Shown here: positions 1 through 12,347 of the stretch, in pieces
Layout: each line of letters opens with the position of its first letter
Numbering within the stretch: position 1 is the first letter of the stretch
Assembly (NCBI GenBank): GCA_002245135.1
Contig: NGBS01001160.1
Coordinates: 62,001-126,000, forward strand
DNA: 64,000 nucleotides
Origin: Proteromonas lacertae
Taxonomy: Eukaryota
Direction of reading: 5' to 3'
Program-made: the position numbers and the translations under genes
Notes under the pieces: model-generated
What the model was told of the DNA's origin: nothing
Database searches by the model: none
What the model saw: only the letters and a program-made list of their open reading frames with translations

Positions 1-830
1 CTTGTATGTCCTGTGAATATAATCTTTTAGAAAGATCAATTAAAATATCAAGAAGCTCACTATTGTATTGAAAGAGTGTCTAGAATGATGTTATTCTTTT
101 CAGTATATTGTTAATAAAATAATTGTAAATAGCTTCCAGAAGATATAGCCTCAAATCCAAAAGAATTGGTTTCTAATCTTGACAAATTATTAACTCCATA
201 TACTGAATTAACAGGAATGGCTTTAGTATATCCTTCATCCTGTGCGATGATAATTGAAGCAGATGAAGACACAATGCTTAAGTTTATTAAAGAAATAGAT
301 CAATTAACAGATTCAGTGGATGGTTATTTCGAGTCAGGTAGAATTGTAACAACATGTGAGAATTGCCCAGAACGTATATTTAAAAAACAAATAGTACAAC
401 AAGTAACTAGAGCAAGAGTATGTTCATGTTTTTTCATTTCATTTTTTTTTAATAGGAACAAGAAGTAGATATAGAGGAAGATGGAGTAGCCAACAGTGCA
501 CACAAACTATTTAACAATTTAATAACCATAGGACAGAAATTATTTGATCCAGCATTGTCTAATGAAGATTATAAAGCTGCAATACATTCAATGTCAAAAG
601 GATTTGCACAATTATTGCCTTCCAATGAGAGAATATTGAAATATACAGAAAGTGATATGTTCTTTTCAACACAGGACTATGTTAATCAATTTTGCACTCC
701 TGTTGACTCTTATGCTAGAAATGATCAAGAATGGCCTCAACAATACACTGTACCTACTTGGATTGTATTGACACAATCATTATATGCTAATACTGAAGAA
801 GGAAGTGAACAAACTGCTACTCAAGCATAA
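1..830 (+). CDS. TEX47/C7orf62-like (cilia-associated) protein, 5' end outside window, multi-exon
   Basis: Exons join through short GT..AG introns. GMALVYPSSCAMIIEA and CPERIF resemble the TEX47 family (recognised from memory). Stop TAA at 828-830. Confidence 0.45.
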
Positions 831-974
831 TCTTATTTAAATTAATTGTATTTTTTAAATATCTTGTTTAAAGGATGTTGAACCTTTATATAACACAAAA
901 ACAACATATATTCACAAATAAATATAAATTTATATATACATAACATAAAAGAATTAAAAACATACATAATATTC

Positions 975-2441
975 TTATTCTCTTGAACTATTTAGATATA
1001 ATAATAATAATATATATATTATACAAAATATCAATATGTTTCACATGCGTTCTTCTATATCTCTCAAATATAATAGCTGCAGTGATAATAGCAATTATCA
1101 GTAGAACAACTACTATTATAACTATAAGAACAGTATAATCCTTCTTTTCCTTTTCAACAATAGTATATGACATATGTTGGATGTTAGAATGAGTAAAAAT
1201 ACTATTAAATTCAATCAAACCATCGTAAAATGTATTAGAAGTTATATTATTGGCAAAATTCTTATTGAAATCATCCAATCTTTCTTTCTTAATTTCTATT
1301 CTTATTTTAACTTCATATGATTGTATATGTATTGCATAATTAGTAACTAAACCATCACTACTATAAATTGGGTTTTGAACTTTGGTTACTTGTTCTAAAT
1401 AAATCATATTTTCATCCTCTAAACCACAATAATCCACAATGTATTTATTCAGATTATATAAAACAGAAGGAACAACAATTGAATAATTAAAATCAACAAT
1501 AAACAATGTATAATGGATATAAACTGAAGATTCATCAGGTTCTAGTGAATAATCTAATTCTCTACAATTAGTTTCATCTATATTCTTTTCCAAACAGCAT
1601 TTTTTAAACAATTCCTTTTTCTAAAACCCATATAGCCTTCTCTACAGTAATTATACCCAATACTACCAACATAGGTTGAATTCCAATAATCATGATCAGA
1701 TACATAGATTTCAGCACATTTTAATGGCGTTATATTAATAGTTATTTCTACAGTGTAATTCATATCATCAATATAATAGGCAGTTACATTGTAAATAAAT
1801 ACACCGGTTTGTATAGCTACACCTGTTATATTTCCACTTGATCTATCAAATGACAGATCATCAACCATTGTACTTGGTGTTATTGTGTAATAGGATATTA
1901 ATGCACTTCCTAGGTTCATAACTGGTGAGATTATTCCTATATTTTGTTTTTCCATGAAATCTAAAGGTGGATAGTAAAATGAGTGTATATCTTCATCATT
2001 GTATGCTGGAGATGCTTGCACTAGTTGTATATTCTGTGAAACATATGTTTGATCTTTCAGTGAACTTATCTTTATATACAAATCTGAAGTAATTTCACTT
2101 GATTTGTTAGGAAAACAGTTTAAATAGTTTGAGCTTTTCCATTCACCTTCTATTGAACAATAACGATAGGCGAATCCAATGTAGCCATTCGGGCATGGTA
2201 GTTGAGCTGTTGAATTAGAAATTGTAGTTGGCCACACCGATGACATACAACAATACCTTCTGCTATTGACGCTTAATTTATTTGATAAATAAGAAATTCT
2301 CAAAGAATGTGGTTTTTCTAAAAGCAACCTCCTTTCATAATTTTGATTATAAAATTTGTTACTTTGATTTTTGAATACCTGGAAAATAAATAAATATCCT
2401 AGAATTGAGGACAGAATAGAGAGAAAAACACTTAAGATCAT
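975..2441 (-). CDS. Surface membrane protein: two Cys-rich HRM-like repeats flanking a putative-Ig (He_PIG-like) domain, C-terminal TM; frame break at ~1580
   Basis: Hydrophobic N-terminus; CPNGYIGFAYRYCSIEGEW and CREGYMGFRKRNCLKNAVW repeats; LSFDRSSGNITG Ig-like motif; TM VLIVIIVVVLLIIAII. The two ORFs overlap out of frame with no intron. Confidence 0.55.
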
Positions 2442-2529
2442 AAAGTGTGGTTTTGAAAATTTTCAACCAAAATATTTAAATTGGGTGTTTCAAAATTTTT
2501 ATATTTACGAATACTTATTATACTAAAGG

Positions 2530-3029
2530 ATGAATACTATTTGGGAATATCAGTATGATGGAGCATGGACCGAATTTCCTCCAGGTACAATTTTCATTGT
2601 TTATTGCATAGATCAACAAGTGATTATCAACTCTGCTGTTGAACAAGGGCACACTGATGCTTATATTGAAGATAATAATGCTTTGTATATTTTTAATCGT
2701 AATAATATGCGCTGTAGATATATAATCGATACCCTTGCTAAAACTGCTACATGTGGTAGTTTAGTTATGCCTATTAGATCCACTGAAGGTAATGAAGCAA
2801 TTTGGATGTGGCAGAATGATGATAATCAACTTTATCCTTTTGACACTCCTATTCAGAAGGAATTAGAAAGTCATTACAGTCAACAAGATGCACAATATAA
2901 TTTAATCATTGATGGTAGAAATTATACTATCTCTTTCACCAGTATTTTCATCTTTTTTTCTATAATTTAGATATGACTCAAACAAACATTGATTCAGGTA
3001 AAGTAAGATCGATCCATAGAATAACATAA
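2530..3029 (+). CDS. Stand-alone tandem WWE-domain protein
   Basis: WEYQYDGAWTEF and WMWQNDDNQLYPFD..ELE..Y..YTISF..MTQTN..SGKVRSIHR after removing short introns. Confidence 0.7.
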
Positions 3030-3231
3030 CTTTTTTTATAACATTCAAAAATTATAACTTGTTTTCTTTTTTCTAATGTTTTTTTACTTTAATATATCAT
3101 AAAATATAAATAGCTGTTATTGAAGAATATGTGATTAGTGTAATATAAAGAAATAGAAATTTTACACTTCACACTTAAAAAAGCTCGAGGTTTGAGAATT
3201 AGTTTTTGTTTTTAATTCGCTTTACTTAATA

Positions 3232-3960
3232 ATGCCTTTCTTTGGATCAAAACCAGCACCTGTACCACCTCCTCAACCACCTAGAGAATTAGATACTAAT
3301 CAAATTAAGAAAAATATAGAGGATTTAATGAGAAAAAGAAATGATTGTGAAGTTAGGATGCGAGACAGTCAGACAAGACTTAATCAATATAAACAACAAT
3401 ATCAATCTAATCCCACTTTTGGTGCAACAGCTAAAACTAAAGCAATGGAAGTATTTTAATATATGTTAATATAATGATACATAGGAATTTAAATTTATTA
3501 AATCACAAGAAAAAATGTTTCAAATGTATAGTCAACACATTAATCAATTCCAAGGAGTATTTTATCAAAAATACTATTATATTAATAGATGTTGGACATG
3601 AATGAAAGAATGAATAATCAAATCATTGCAGGACAGATGATGAAACAAGCTGTAGAGACTTTAAAGCCAAAAGTTAAAGAAGCAAGAAAATTAGCTGATT
3701 TAGCTGATGCTTATGATGATGTAATGGATGATCTTGACGAAACAACAGATATGATGAATGATGATGCTTATACTGATGCTCAATATGATCCAGAGTTTGA
3801 GAGTATGTTTGGAGGAATGGTTATGAATTCACAGCCACAGTTTGCTCCACCACAAGCTGCTCAACCTCAATTCGCACCTCCACAATTCGCACCGCCACAA
3901 TATGCACAACCACAATATGCTCAACCACAACAACAACCTACTTTTATGAATCCATATTAA
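3232..3960 (+). CDS. ESCRT-III Snf7/Vps60(CHMP5)-like coiled-coil protein with QPQF/Y-repeat tail
   Basis: MPFFG start, basic coiled-coil N-half, acidic C-half (DDVMDDLDETTDMM); two introns restore the frame. Confidence 0.5.
3829..3939 (+). repeat. Degenerate 15-nt coding repeat encoding (Q/P)PQ(F/Y)A
   Basis: SQPQFAPPQAAQPQFAPPQFAPPQYAQPQYAQPQ. Confidence 0.8.
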
Positions 3961-4063
3961 TTATTATTATTCTTGTATTTTTGACTATAGTTTTTATATG
4001 CATATAGTAAATGTTTGTATAAATAATAATAATAACATAATAAAAGACTAGAATATATGTACA

Positions 4064-5177
4064 TTATTTTAAATTAGTTTTATATGCATAATACAAATCT
4101 ATTTCGCTAAGATATCCTACTCCACTAATTAAAGATAAGAATTTTTTATCCAGACTAAACTGTTTTTGTAAGAATAATGAGTTAAGTTTCTTCAAATTAA
4201 TCTCTTTCTTTTTACACAAAATACCAATATTCTGTTCATCTAATGGAAGAATCATTTCATGATGTACAGCTTCAACTAACTATTATAATATAATTAATAA
4301 CTAATAATAATACTTTATCAATAGATAATGCAGGCCAAACACTTAATCTATTGGTTAAATAAGGTGGAAATATATTGGAAGGGTATATCTCTTTAAATAT
4401 TGATTTTCTATTAAATGGATCTCGATTAGGTTCTTCATTCTCAATCAACTGTCCAAATGCGGTGATTGTTTTACCTTTATTGTGTTTGAGAAATTTATTT
4501 CTATCTTTATTTATTATACGTTCCATATTAATGAAAGTTCGAATGTCTAGATTGATATAATAACTGATTGATTGGCAATGTTTTTGTAACCAGAGGAATG
4601 ATAAAACATGTATACTTGATTTGGCTATGAATGTATCTGTTGTATTAAACTGTACTATATCATTGTATTTTGCTTCTTCTTCCGATATTAATTCTTCTAA
4701 TGTTTCATTATTACTTCTTCCAATGAAAAAGGCTATTTCATATTTTAAATTATAGTTTAATCTAAAGTTTTTAAGAGTTTGTCTAACTACATATCTGTAC
4801 ATTAATTGGTCTGTCGATGGATATATAGCAATCATTATATCAGGAGTTAACATACAAATACTATTGGACGAATGTAAAACTTTATAATTATTAATCGGAA
4901 AAACAGCTTGATCAACTAATTCATATGGCTTGGTCATTTTGTCATCATCATCAATGCTTTCTCTTTCAGTACAATGTGCATTACCATCCTTTAAACATGT
5001 TTCTGTGAAACTGATGAATTCCTTGAGTTTATTCTTGTATACAACTTCTAGTTTGTTAAGATTTCTAGTTTCAGGTAAGTATCTACCATTTCTGCTTGAA
5101 TGAAAGATCTTCATTTGAATAACTAATGAACAGAATACCATCATAATAAGACAACAAATACAATTTCTTATCCTCAT
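4064..5177 (-). CDS. GT31 beta-1,3-galactosyltransferase-like type II membrane protein
   Basis: N-terminal TM; R..VRQT, FFIG, EEAKYNDIVQFN..DTF, PNRDP..K, YP..FPPY motifs; one intron at ~4280-4313. Confidence 0.8.
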
Positions 5178-5273
5178 AATTGTATTTTTTAATTTACAAA
5201 ATAGTAGAGAATGAGATTTTTATTATTTAATAAAAATATATACGTTTTATTCATCGAGCCAAGTTTTAATGAA

Positions 5274-6273
5274 ATGTTCAAATTACTTTTTTGTGTTGTT
5301 CTCTTCTCATATTCCCTTAAAATTTTATTAGTTCCATCTTATCACAGTACAGATTTTGACGTTCATAGGAATTGGCTATCTATAACTCACAATTTACCCA
5401 TTAACTGTTGGTACTATGAAGTATACAGTTATAATGTTATATTTAGAATACTTCTGAATGGACATTGGATTATCCACCATATTTTGCATGGTTTGAATAT
5501 CTTTTATCAAAAGTTGCAGTTTATTTCGATTCTAAGATGTTAACAGTAAAAATAAATATATTTAAATGATATATAGATTAGTGCTGAAAGTTATTGTTCC
5601 AATGAAACTTTAATATTCCAGAGATTGAGTGTAATGTTTTCTGATTTGTTGTTACTCTTCGGTGCATATCTCTTTTGTAAAGTAACTATTAAAAATATGA
5701 CTAAATACCAATATTTAGTGATAATTGGATTAATTATATCGAATCCTTCTTTATTAATGATAGATCATATTCATTTTCAATATAATGGGTTTTTATTAGG
5801 AATATTACTAATATCAATATCATTTATTATCAAAGGTAATGATTTAGTTGGAGCAATATTCTTTTGTATTTTGCTTTGTTTTAAACATATTTACGCTTAT
5901 ATTGTACCAATCTACGTTGTGTATTTGTTAAGAAATTATTGTGGTTTTGGTAAAATTGATTTTATACAATCATTCATTAAGATAATTATTCTTGGATCAG
6001 TATGTATTTCGAGTATAAATATATATTATATTATTACTTTGTTGGTTATATTTCAATTAGTTGCTGTTTCATGTTTTTTACCTTTTTTATATCAAAATCC
6101 AGTCGATAATTTGAAGCAAATAATAAGTCGTTTATTTCCTTTTAAAAGAGGTTTACAGCATACATATTGGGCTTCTAATTTCTGGAGTTTATATATCATT
6201 GCAGATAAAGTATTCTATTTCATGATAAAGAAACTATTTGTTTTTATAATGAATGAACCATGGATTGAAACAG

Positions 6274-6305
<32 letters not shown>

Positions 6306-7080
6306 TTATTATAACAAATAGATTGATGATACTACGGGAGGTTTAACCAATGGGATCTTAGGAAATACTCATTTTCATATATTACCAACCATACCACCAT
6401 TTGTTACAATGATATTTACCATAATTGCAATGATTCCTTGTTTATTGAAAATATACAAATATCCAAAGAAAGAGTTATTTATATATGGTTTGATATATTG
6501 TCAATTATGTTCATATTATTTTGGTTGGCATGTTCATGAGAAAGCAATTTTAACATGTTTAATACCAATGACGTATATTGATATTTATATATTTTTTATT
6601 TTTATAGATTGTTATGTTGTGATAGTAGTTTTGATAGTTCATTATATATGCTATTAAATACAGTAAGTGCTGTAACAATAGCTCCATTATTGTTTCCATT
6701 GCAAGAGAAGATTACTGTTATGTTTTTGCTATTTGCTACTATTCCATTGATGTATTATATTTTGAATTGTTATATGAAATATAAACAGAGAGAAAAGTAT
6801 ATTATAATGATTGTTATTATAATTGTGTAGGAATTATACTCAGATTGGAATATATTATGATAAGAAGATAATAGTTGGTTATTTTGGTGAGTTTATTGTT
6901 TTAGTTTATTATCTTATTAGTGATTATATTCCTTTTATGAGTAAAAGATTCCCATTTTTACCATTATTACTTATTTCAGTCTACAATTCATTATTATTGT
7001 TATTTTCATTCAGATTTATATGGAAATGTATGAATAGAAAGATTATAAGTTTGGAAGAAGATATTCCATCACCAAGATAA
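5274..7080 (+). CDS. ALG8: Dol-P-Glc alpha-1,3-glucosyltransferase ALG8
   Basis: [55 protein letters not shown]. Confidence 0.93.
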
Positions 7081-7167
7081 TTTATTAATTTTTGTTTCTT
7101 TTTGTTTTATATTTTTTTCTCATTAATCAGTTTATTAAAAATAACAAAAACACTAACAATAATGAAA

Positions 7168-8594
7168 TTAAAACTTTGATTCTACCAATAGTAAAGGGAA
7201 ATCTTTACCCGATAAAAACATCTTATTCAATCCTTCTCTTATCTTTTCTTCTTTCAAATAATACAAGAAATATGTAAAAATATAACCTGTAATATATGAG
7301 TCATACCCAGCACTATGACAACTACTGTTACTAATAAACATTTCAGGTGATAGTTCACGAATATAATACTTAGGAGGAGATACTTCCTTTGTTTCTGTTG
7401 TTGTAGTTTCTGTTATTGTTACAACTTCTATTAGATCTTGTTTAACTACTTTATTCTCTACTGCTGTTGTTCCATTACTCATTTCCACTTTTCTTTTCTT
7501 TTGTGCAACTGTATAGTTTTGTTCATAATTTATATATTCCATTATATCATGAGATGCTGGACATTTCAATCCTCTATCACAACTACCTTTTGTAATATAA
7601 GATTTACAGAATTTACCTTCACATATTGTTTCTACTTTCTCTTCTTTTATTATTCTATCTTTCATTAATTTTTCAATTGGTAATTCTATATATTCGAAAA
7701 ATATATTCAGATGAAACAAAGTAATATCATTCTTAATATATTCATATAAATAATCTAAATATATTCTCTTTATAGTTGTATAACATCTTGCATAATGTTT
7801 TGTATCAGCAATTGTTGGGAAATGTTTAATATAATTTTTAATTGATGTATTTAATGATGTCGCTATTGTACCAACAAATGTATAATATAAGAAAGCTAAA
7901 TCTATCCAACCATTATGCAACTATACAACATAAAATGATTTTAAATAACAAATACTATTAATGGTTTCTTTTGTGAAAATATATGCGAAAATATTGAATG
8001 AAAAACTGTATTTATATCTGATTCGTTCTTTTTACCGTTGTTATAACCTTTTGCATAATAAAATATTGCATTTTCTATCCAATTATTCAAATCCATATGA
8101 TTATTCCTTAAAAATCTAAAACTGTGTGGAGATATACTCATATTATACTATTTATTTATAATTATAACATTATTATTATACAGAAGGACATAGTGTAAAT
8201 GTAAATGATATTGATGATGAATATAATGGATTATGACTTGAGGTTTTTAAAAATTCATCAAAAGTCTGTTTTACAGTTTCTGTTGGTTTTGAACCATTTG
8301 TTGATGTTTGTGGCATGAAGAAGGTGATTCCCAATTCCATTATTCCATAGTCTTTTACTAATTTACAAATTGCTTTATGTCTTTCATTTACATCTCTAAT
8401 AAAACAAAATTATCATGAATAATACTTTTCTTGAAGTTCATTATTCTCACCTAAACCTGTAAATTCTAGATCAACAGAAAAATAAACACACTTATCAGCA
8501 CATTCTTTAATAAATTCAGAATACTATATACATAATAATACAAAAATACTGCATCTAATGTGTATTTATTCACGTTATAGACTTTAAGAGACAT
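7168..8594 (-). CDS. TOE1: CAF1-family deadenylase with CCCH finger, TOE1-like
   Basis: SVDLEFTGLG, HNGWIDLAFLY, TIADTK, CKSY..GSC.RG.KCP.SHD, HSAGYDSYITG. Confidence 0.85.
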
Positions 8595-8613
8595 AAATTC
8601 AAAATTGAATTGA

Positions 8614-8627
8614 TCAAGCCTCAAGCT
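8614..8627 (+). promoter_or_regulatory. Tandem TCAAGCY element in the 71-nt bidirectional gap between TOE1 and PTDSS
   Basis: TCAAGCC TCAAGCT; the same 7-mer recurs upstream of many ATGs. Confidence 0.6.
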
Positions 8628-8665
8628 TGTCACAAAATCATTTTTTTATTCGAAAATTCTAACTT

Positions 8666-10320
8666 ATGGAAAGTGAAAAAATCACAACTCCATCATTAAG
8701 AAGAAGAAGAATGTCAAAATCCACTTCAAGAACAAGAACCTCGTCCAGAACAAGATCCATGAGTGAGGATTCACAAGGTGAAGCAAATGATTCAATTGTT
8801 ACAATGCCAGAAACTGTAATTGGAAGGTTTAAACAACTAATGTTTTGGGCTTTAGGTGATATGGTAAGAATTCTAAACGAACCACACACTTTTACAATTT
8901 TATTATGTGCAGTTCTGTTAGTAATCTATGCTGCATTCATTCGTAAACCATCAGAAGAGTTGTATAGCAATATCTGCTTAGGAATTGAAGTTGCTTCATT
9001 TTTGTTTATAGTTTATGGTGTTTTACAGTTTCCAGATATGATAACAGTTAGACCACATCCAGCATTATGGAAAGCAGTTCATGCAATAGGAATAATCTAT
9101 GTAATTGGTTTAACTGTCATATTAATCTTACCAATTGATAATGCAAGAGAATTAATGAAAATATTTGATAGTAGTTTAGGAGTCAATTTACCTGAAAGAT
9201 TATATGCATCAGATTGTAGAATATATACTCCAGAAAAACCGAATAAATTTGATAATATTTACAGCTGTATAGTAGATGAGTTTTTTATAGCTCATTTCAT
9301 TGGCTGGATAGTAAAAGCATTAATGATAAGAGATTGGGGTTTATTATGGGAACAAAGTCTATTATTCGAAGTATTAGAAATAACCTTTCAATATGCATTA
9401 CCTAATTTCAATGAATGTTGGTGGGATAAATGGATAATGGATGTATTAGTTTGTAACTTTGGTGGAATGTATAATTTTAATATTTTATATATATATATAT
9501 ATATATATAGGGCAATTGGTATGTGGTTAGTTAATAAATTTGCTCATATGCAATATACATGGATGGATAAACCTGATGTACCACAACAAGCATCTTTAAC
9601 TAAGAAATTCTTATTAAGATTTACTCCATTAACGTATATATATATATATATTATTATTATTATAATGTTTAGTTGGACAGTATATAAATGGGATATATTC
9701 ACTTCATTCAAGAGATGGATGCAAACTAATATATTAGTAATAGTGTTTGAAATAAATGAATTATTAGCCTTTGCATTGAAATATGCTTTATGGATTCCTC
9801 CAAGACATTCATATAATACAAGAAGAATGATATTATGGGCATGTTTAGGATTTCCAGCTATTAGAGAATATTATGAATTTATGGATAATAAGAAGGTGAA
9901 GAAAATAGGCCCCAATGCTTGGCTATGTTTGATTGGTGTTATTACTGAGTTTTTAATTGCTGCAAAATTTGTTTATGTATATTTATATATATTATTGATT
10001 TTTTGTATTATTTTTTATTATTATAGCCTGAAGTAAAGAATGAATTATTAGCTACACCTAAAATAATTCCCATCTGTTGGTGTTTATTCTTATTAATGGC
10101 AGTCTGTTGGGCTCTTATTTTAGTATTTGGAGGTGAAGGTGTAAAGATATCCAATACAACTGATGATAAAAAGAATATAAAACAAAAGAAACATATTGTT
10201 ATTTTTGGAAAACAACTTAACTTCTCATGGTTCTTTTATTTACTTCCTTTACCATTAGTATGTATTGCTTTTTATGATTTGTATGATAAGTATTATACTG
10301 CCTTTCCAACTGTTAATTGA
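8666..10320 (+). CDS. PTDSS: Base-exchange phosphatidylserine synthase (PSS family)
   Basis: RPHPALW, LPERLYASDC, DEFFIAHFIGW..KALMIRD, LPNFNECWWD.WIMDVL.CN, REYY. Confidence 0.92.
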
Positions 10321-10468
10321 TAATGAAATGTAAATAAAATGATTGTTGTTTGATTTGCTTTCTTATTGATTTGTTTTTTCATAAGTACATATTCAAAATA
10401 ATATAATATAATAAAATAATATATTTAATAATACACAATTAAAGAGACAAACAAAAAAACTATTGATC

Positions 10469-11214
10469 TTAATTATAATCACGAAGCAACGATGATTTTG
10501 CTTGTTTACTATTGAAAGTAGTCATTTCCATTTCTGGTGGTCCACCTTCCCATACAACTTCATCATCATCTGCATTATCATCGGGTAAATGACTATTAAA
10601 TCATTAAATAAAAATAATATACTGATAACGAGATCTACTAGCATAAGGCTGACTAGATTTAGTAAACGCTGCTTTCAATCTATCCTTCATATCAGAACCA
10701 AGCTTTGATAATCGTGAAAAAAATCCTTCTTCTTGTATTCCATTCATTGGTGTATTCGTAGCACTTGTACTTGTAACACGAACTATACATATATATAATT
10801 CTTGATAAATATACTTCCAGTTTTGGAATCTGTTCTTGTTCTTGGTCTTGGAGTGACTGAACCTATTGCTGCTGCTACATATTCATCTTCTTGCATTTGC
10901 TGTTGAATTATTTCATATATTATTGGAGGAACTTCCAAGAAATCCCTAGGTAATGGATGTCTCCACTTTTTAGCTGATGGTGGAGGTATTTGCTCAACTG
11001 ATGTTGGATAAATTGGAGCAGGAGCCTTACGAGGTGTTGATCCACTTGTCAGTTCCAATAATTGTTCTATTGTTTTTTCCATTTGACCACCTAATGAATG
11101 AGTATAGGCAAATAATATACCATTCTGTCTCAGAAGATCTGTAATCAAATCTAAATCCACTGTTTCAAACATGGACACAAGTGTAGCTACTGCATCATCA
11201 TATGAAATTGCCAT
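10469..11214 (-). CDS. CUE-domain ubiquitin-binding protein (CUEDC1-like)
   Basis: AVATLVSMF..VD.DLI.DLLRQN.GQME.TIEQLL; PLPRDFL; QMQEDE. Exons traced to stop TAA at 10469-10471. Confidence 0.7.
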
Positions 11215-11320
11215 AATATTAATTAACTATAAAAGAATAAATCACTAAAAACTTTTCGAAGAAAAACTTGATAGTCAAGCTTAAACAAAAACCTGATCTG
11301 TTCAAACCTCATTCCAAAGA

Positions 11321-12252
11321 ATGTTTTTATCTTGTTCTTCATCAGCTGTTGACTTTAGCAATAAAATATTAATTATTGTATATAAATTTTGCATTATATA
11401 TTTAGTCCGCTACTTCAATTGGAAATATTGGTCAATTGACAATAGATATTTTGTTAAATACATATATTAATTACAACAACACAGAATATGGTATTGAAAA
11501 AATAGGTTATTTTGAAACTGATTGTTTATTGCCAGTGTTAGGCTATAACACACTAGATAGTTCGGCTTCATATAAAACTAAACAGGATATATGTCAAAAT
11601 ATTGAAGGTATTCTACAGGATATATTATTATTTACATAGTTTATTTAATCAAAGGAATGAACATAATTCTATTTCAACATCGTTCACCAATAATTGAAGG
11701 GAAAGGAAAGAAATATGTTGATCAATTATCATCGTTTATTATAAATAGTAAATTTTCAAAAGTAATAATCATTGGTGGATTAGATAGTAGTGTTCAAAAT
11801 GTTGAGGTTATTGGAAAGTATTTATTTCAATATTGTAATGTAATATAAATAGTCAAAATGTGATGTATTTATCAACATTAAACGAAGAACTACCAGCTGT
11901 AAAGTATACAGGTATAAATATTGATGATAAAGCTAAAATAACACTTCAAGTATATTTTTACTCTTTTACATTATCTTTTTAGAAAAATGATATACTTCAA
12001 AACAGTGGATTAATCTTACCAGTATTGGAATTATGTTTAAATAATAAGATACCGTTAATATTATTAGTATATTATATATCTAGTCTAACACATTAGACAA
12101 AATTAGTTTCAGAAGGTGATAATTTGAATGATGCTATTGATATTTTGAGTGTTTTATTACAATATTTACATAGTACTGTTGAAAAGATAGTTATACCGAA
12201 ATTATGGAATGATGTTCTATTCGGAGAAGTTGTTCCAGCAGATTTATATTAA
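11321..12252 (+). CDS. PSMG2: Proteasome assembly chaperone 2 (PAC2)
   Basis: SIGNIGQLTIDILL, LFQHRSPII, VSEGDN..DA, P.LW..VLFG..PADLY*. Confidence 0.85.
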
Positions 12253-12347
12253 TTCTATGATTTATATTATTTGTTCTTTTTTAATCAAATATTAAAAATA
12301 TATGAAATTATAATAATGAACATAAATTAATTTAATCTGCCACTCGT

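Noticed and set aside
6273..6300. (TA)n tracts (also ~9486, ~9634, ~27540, ~56100, ~58208) giving YIYIYI peptides
   Set aside because: They lie inside GT..AG introns; they are microsatellite expansions, not coding sequence or arrays.
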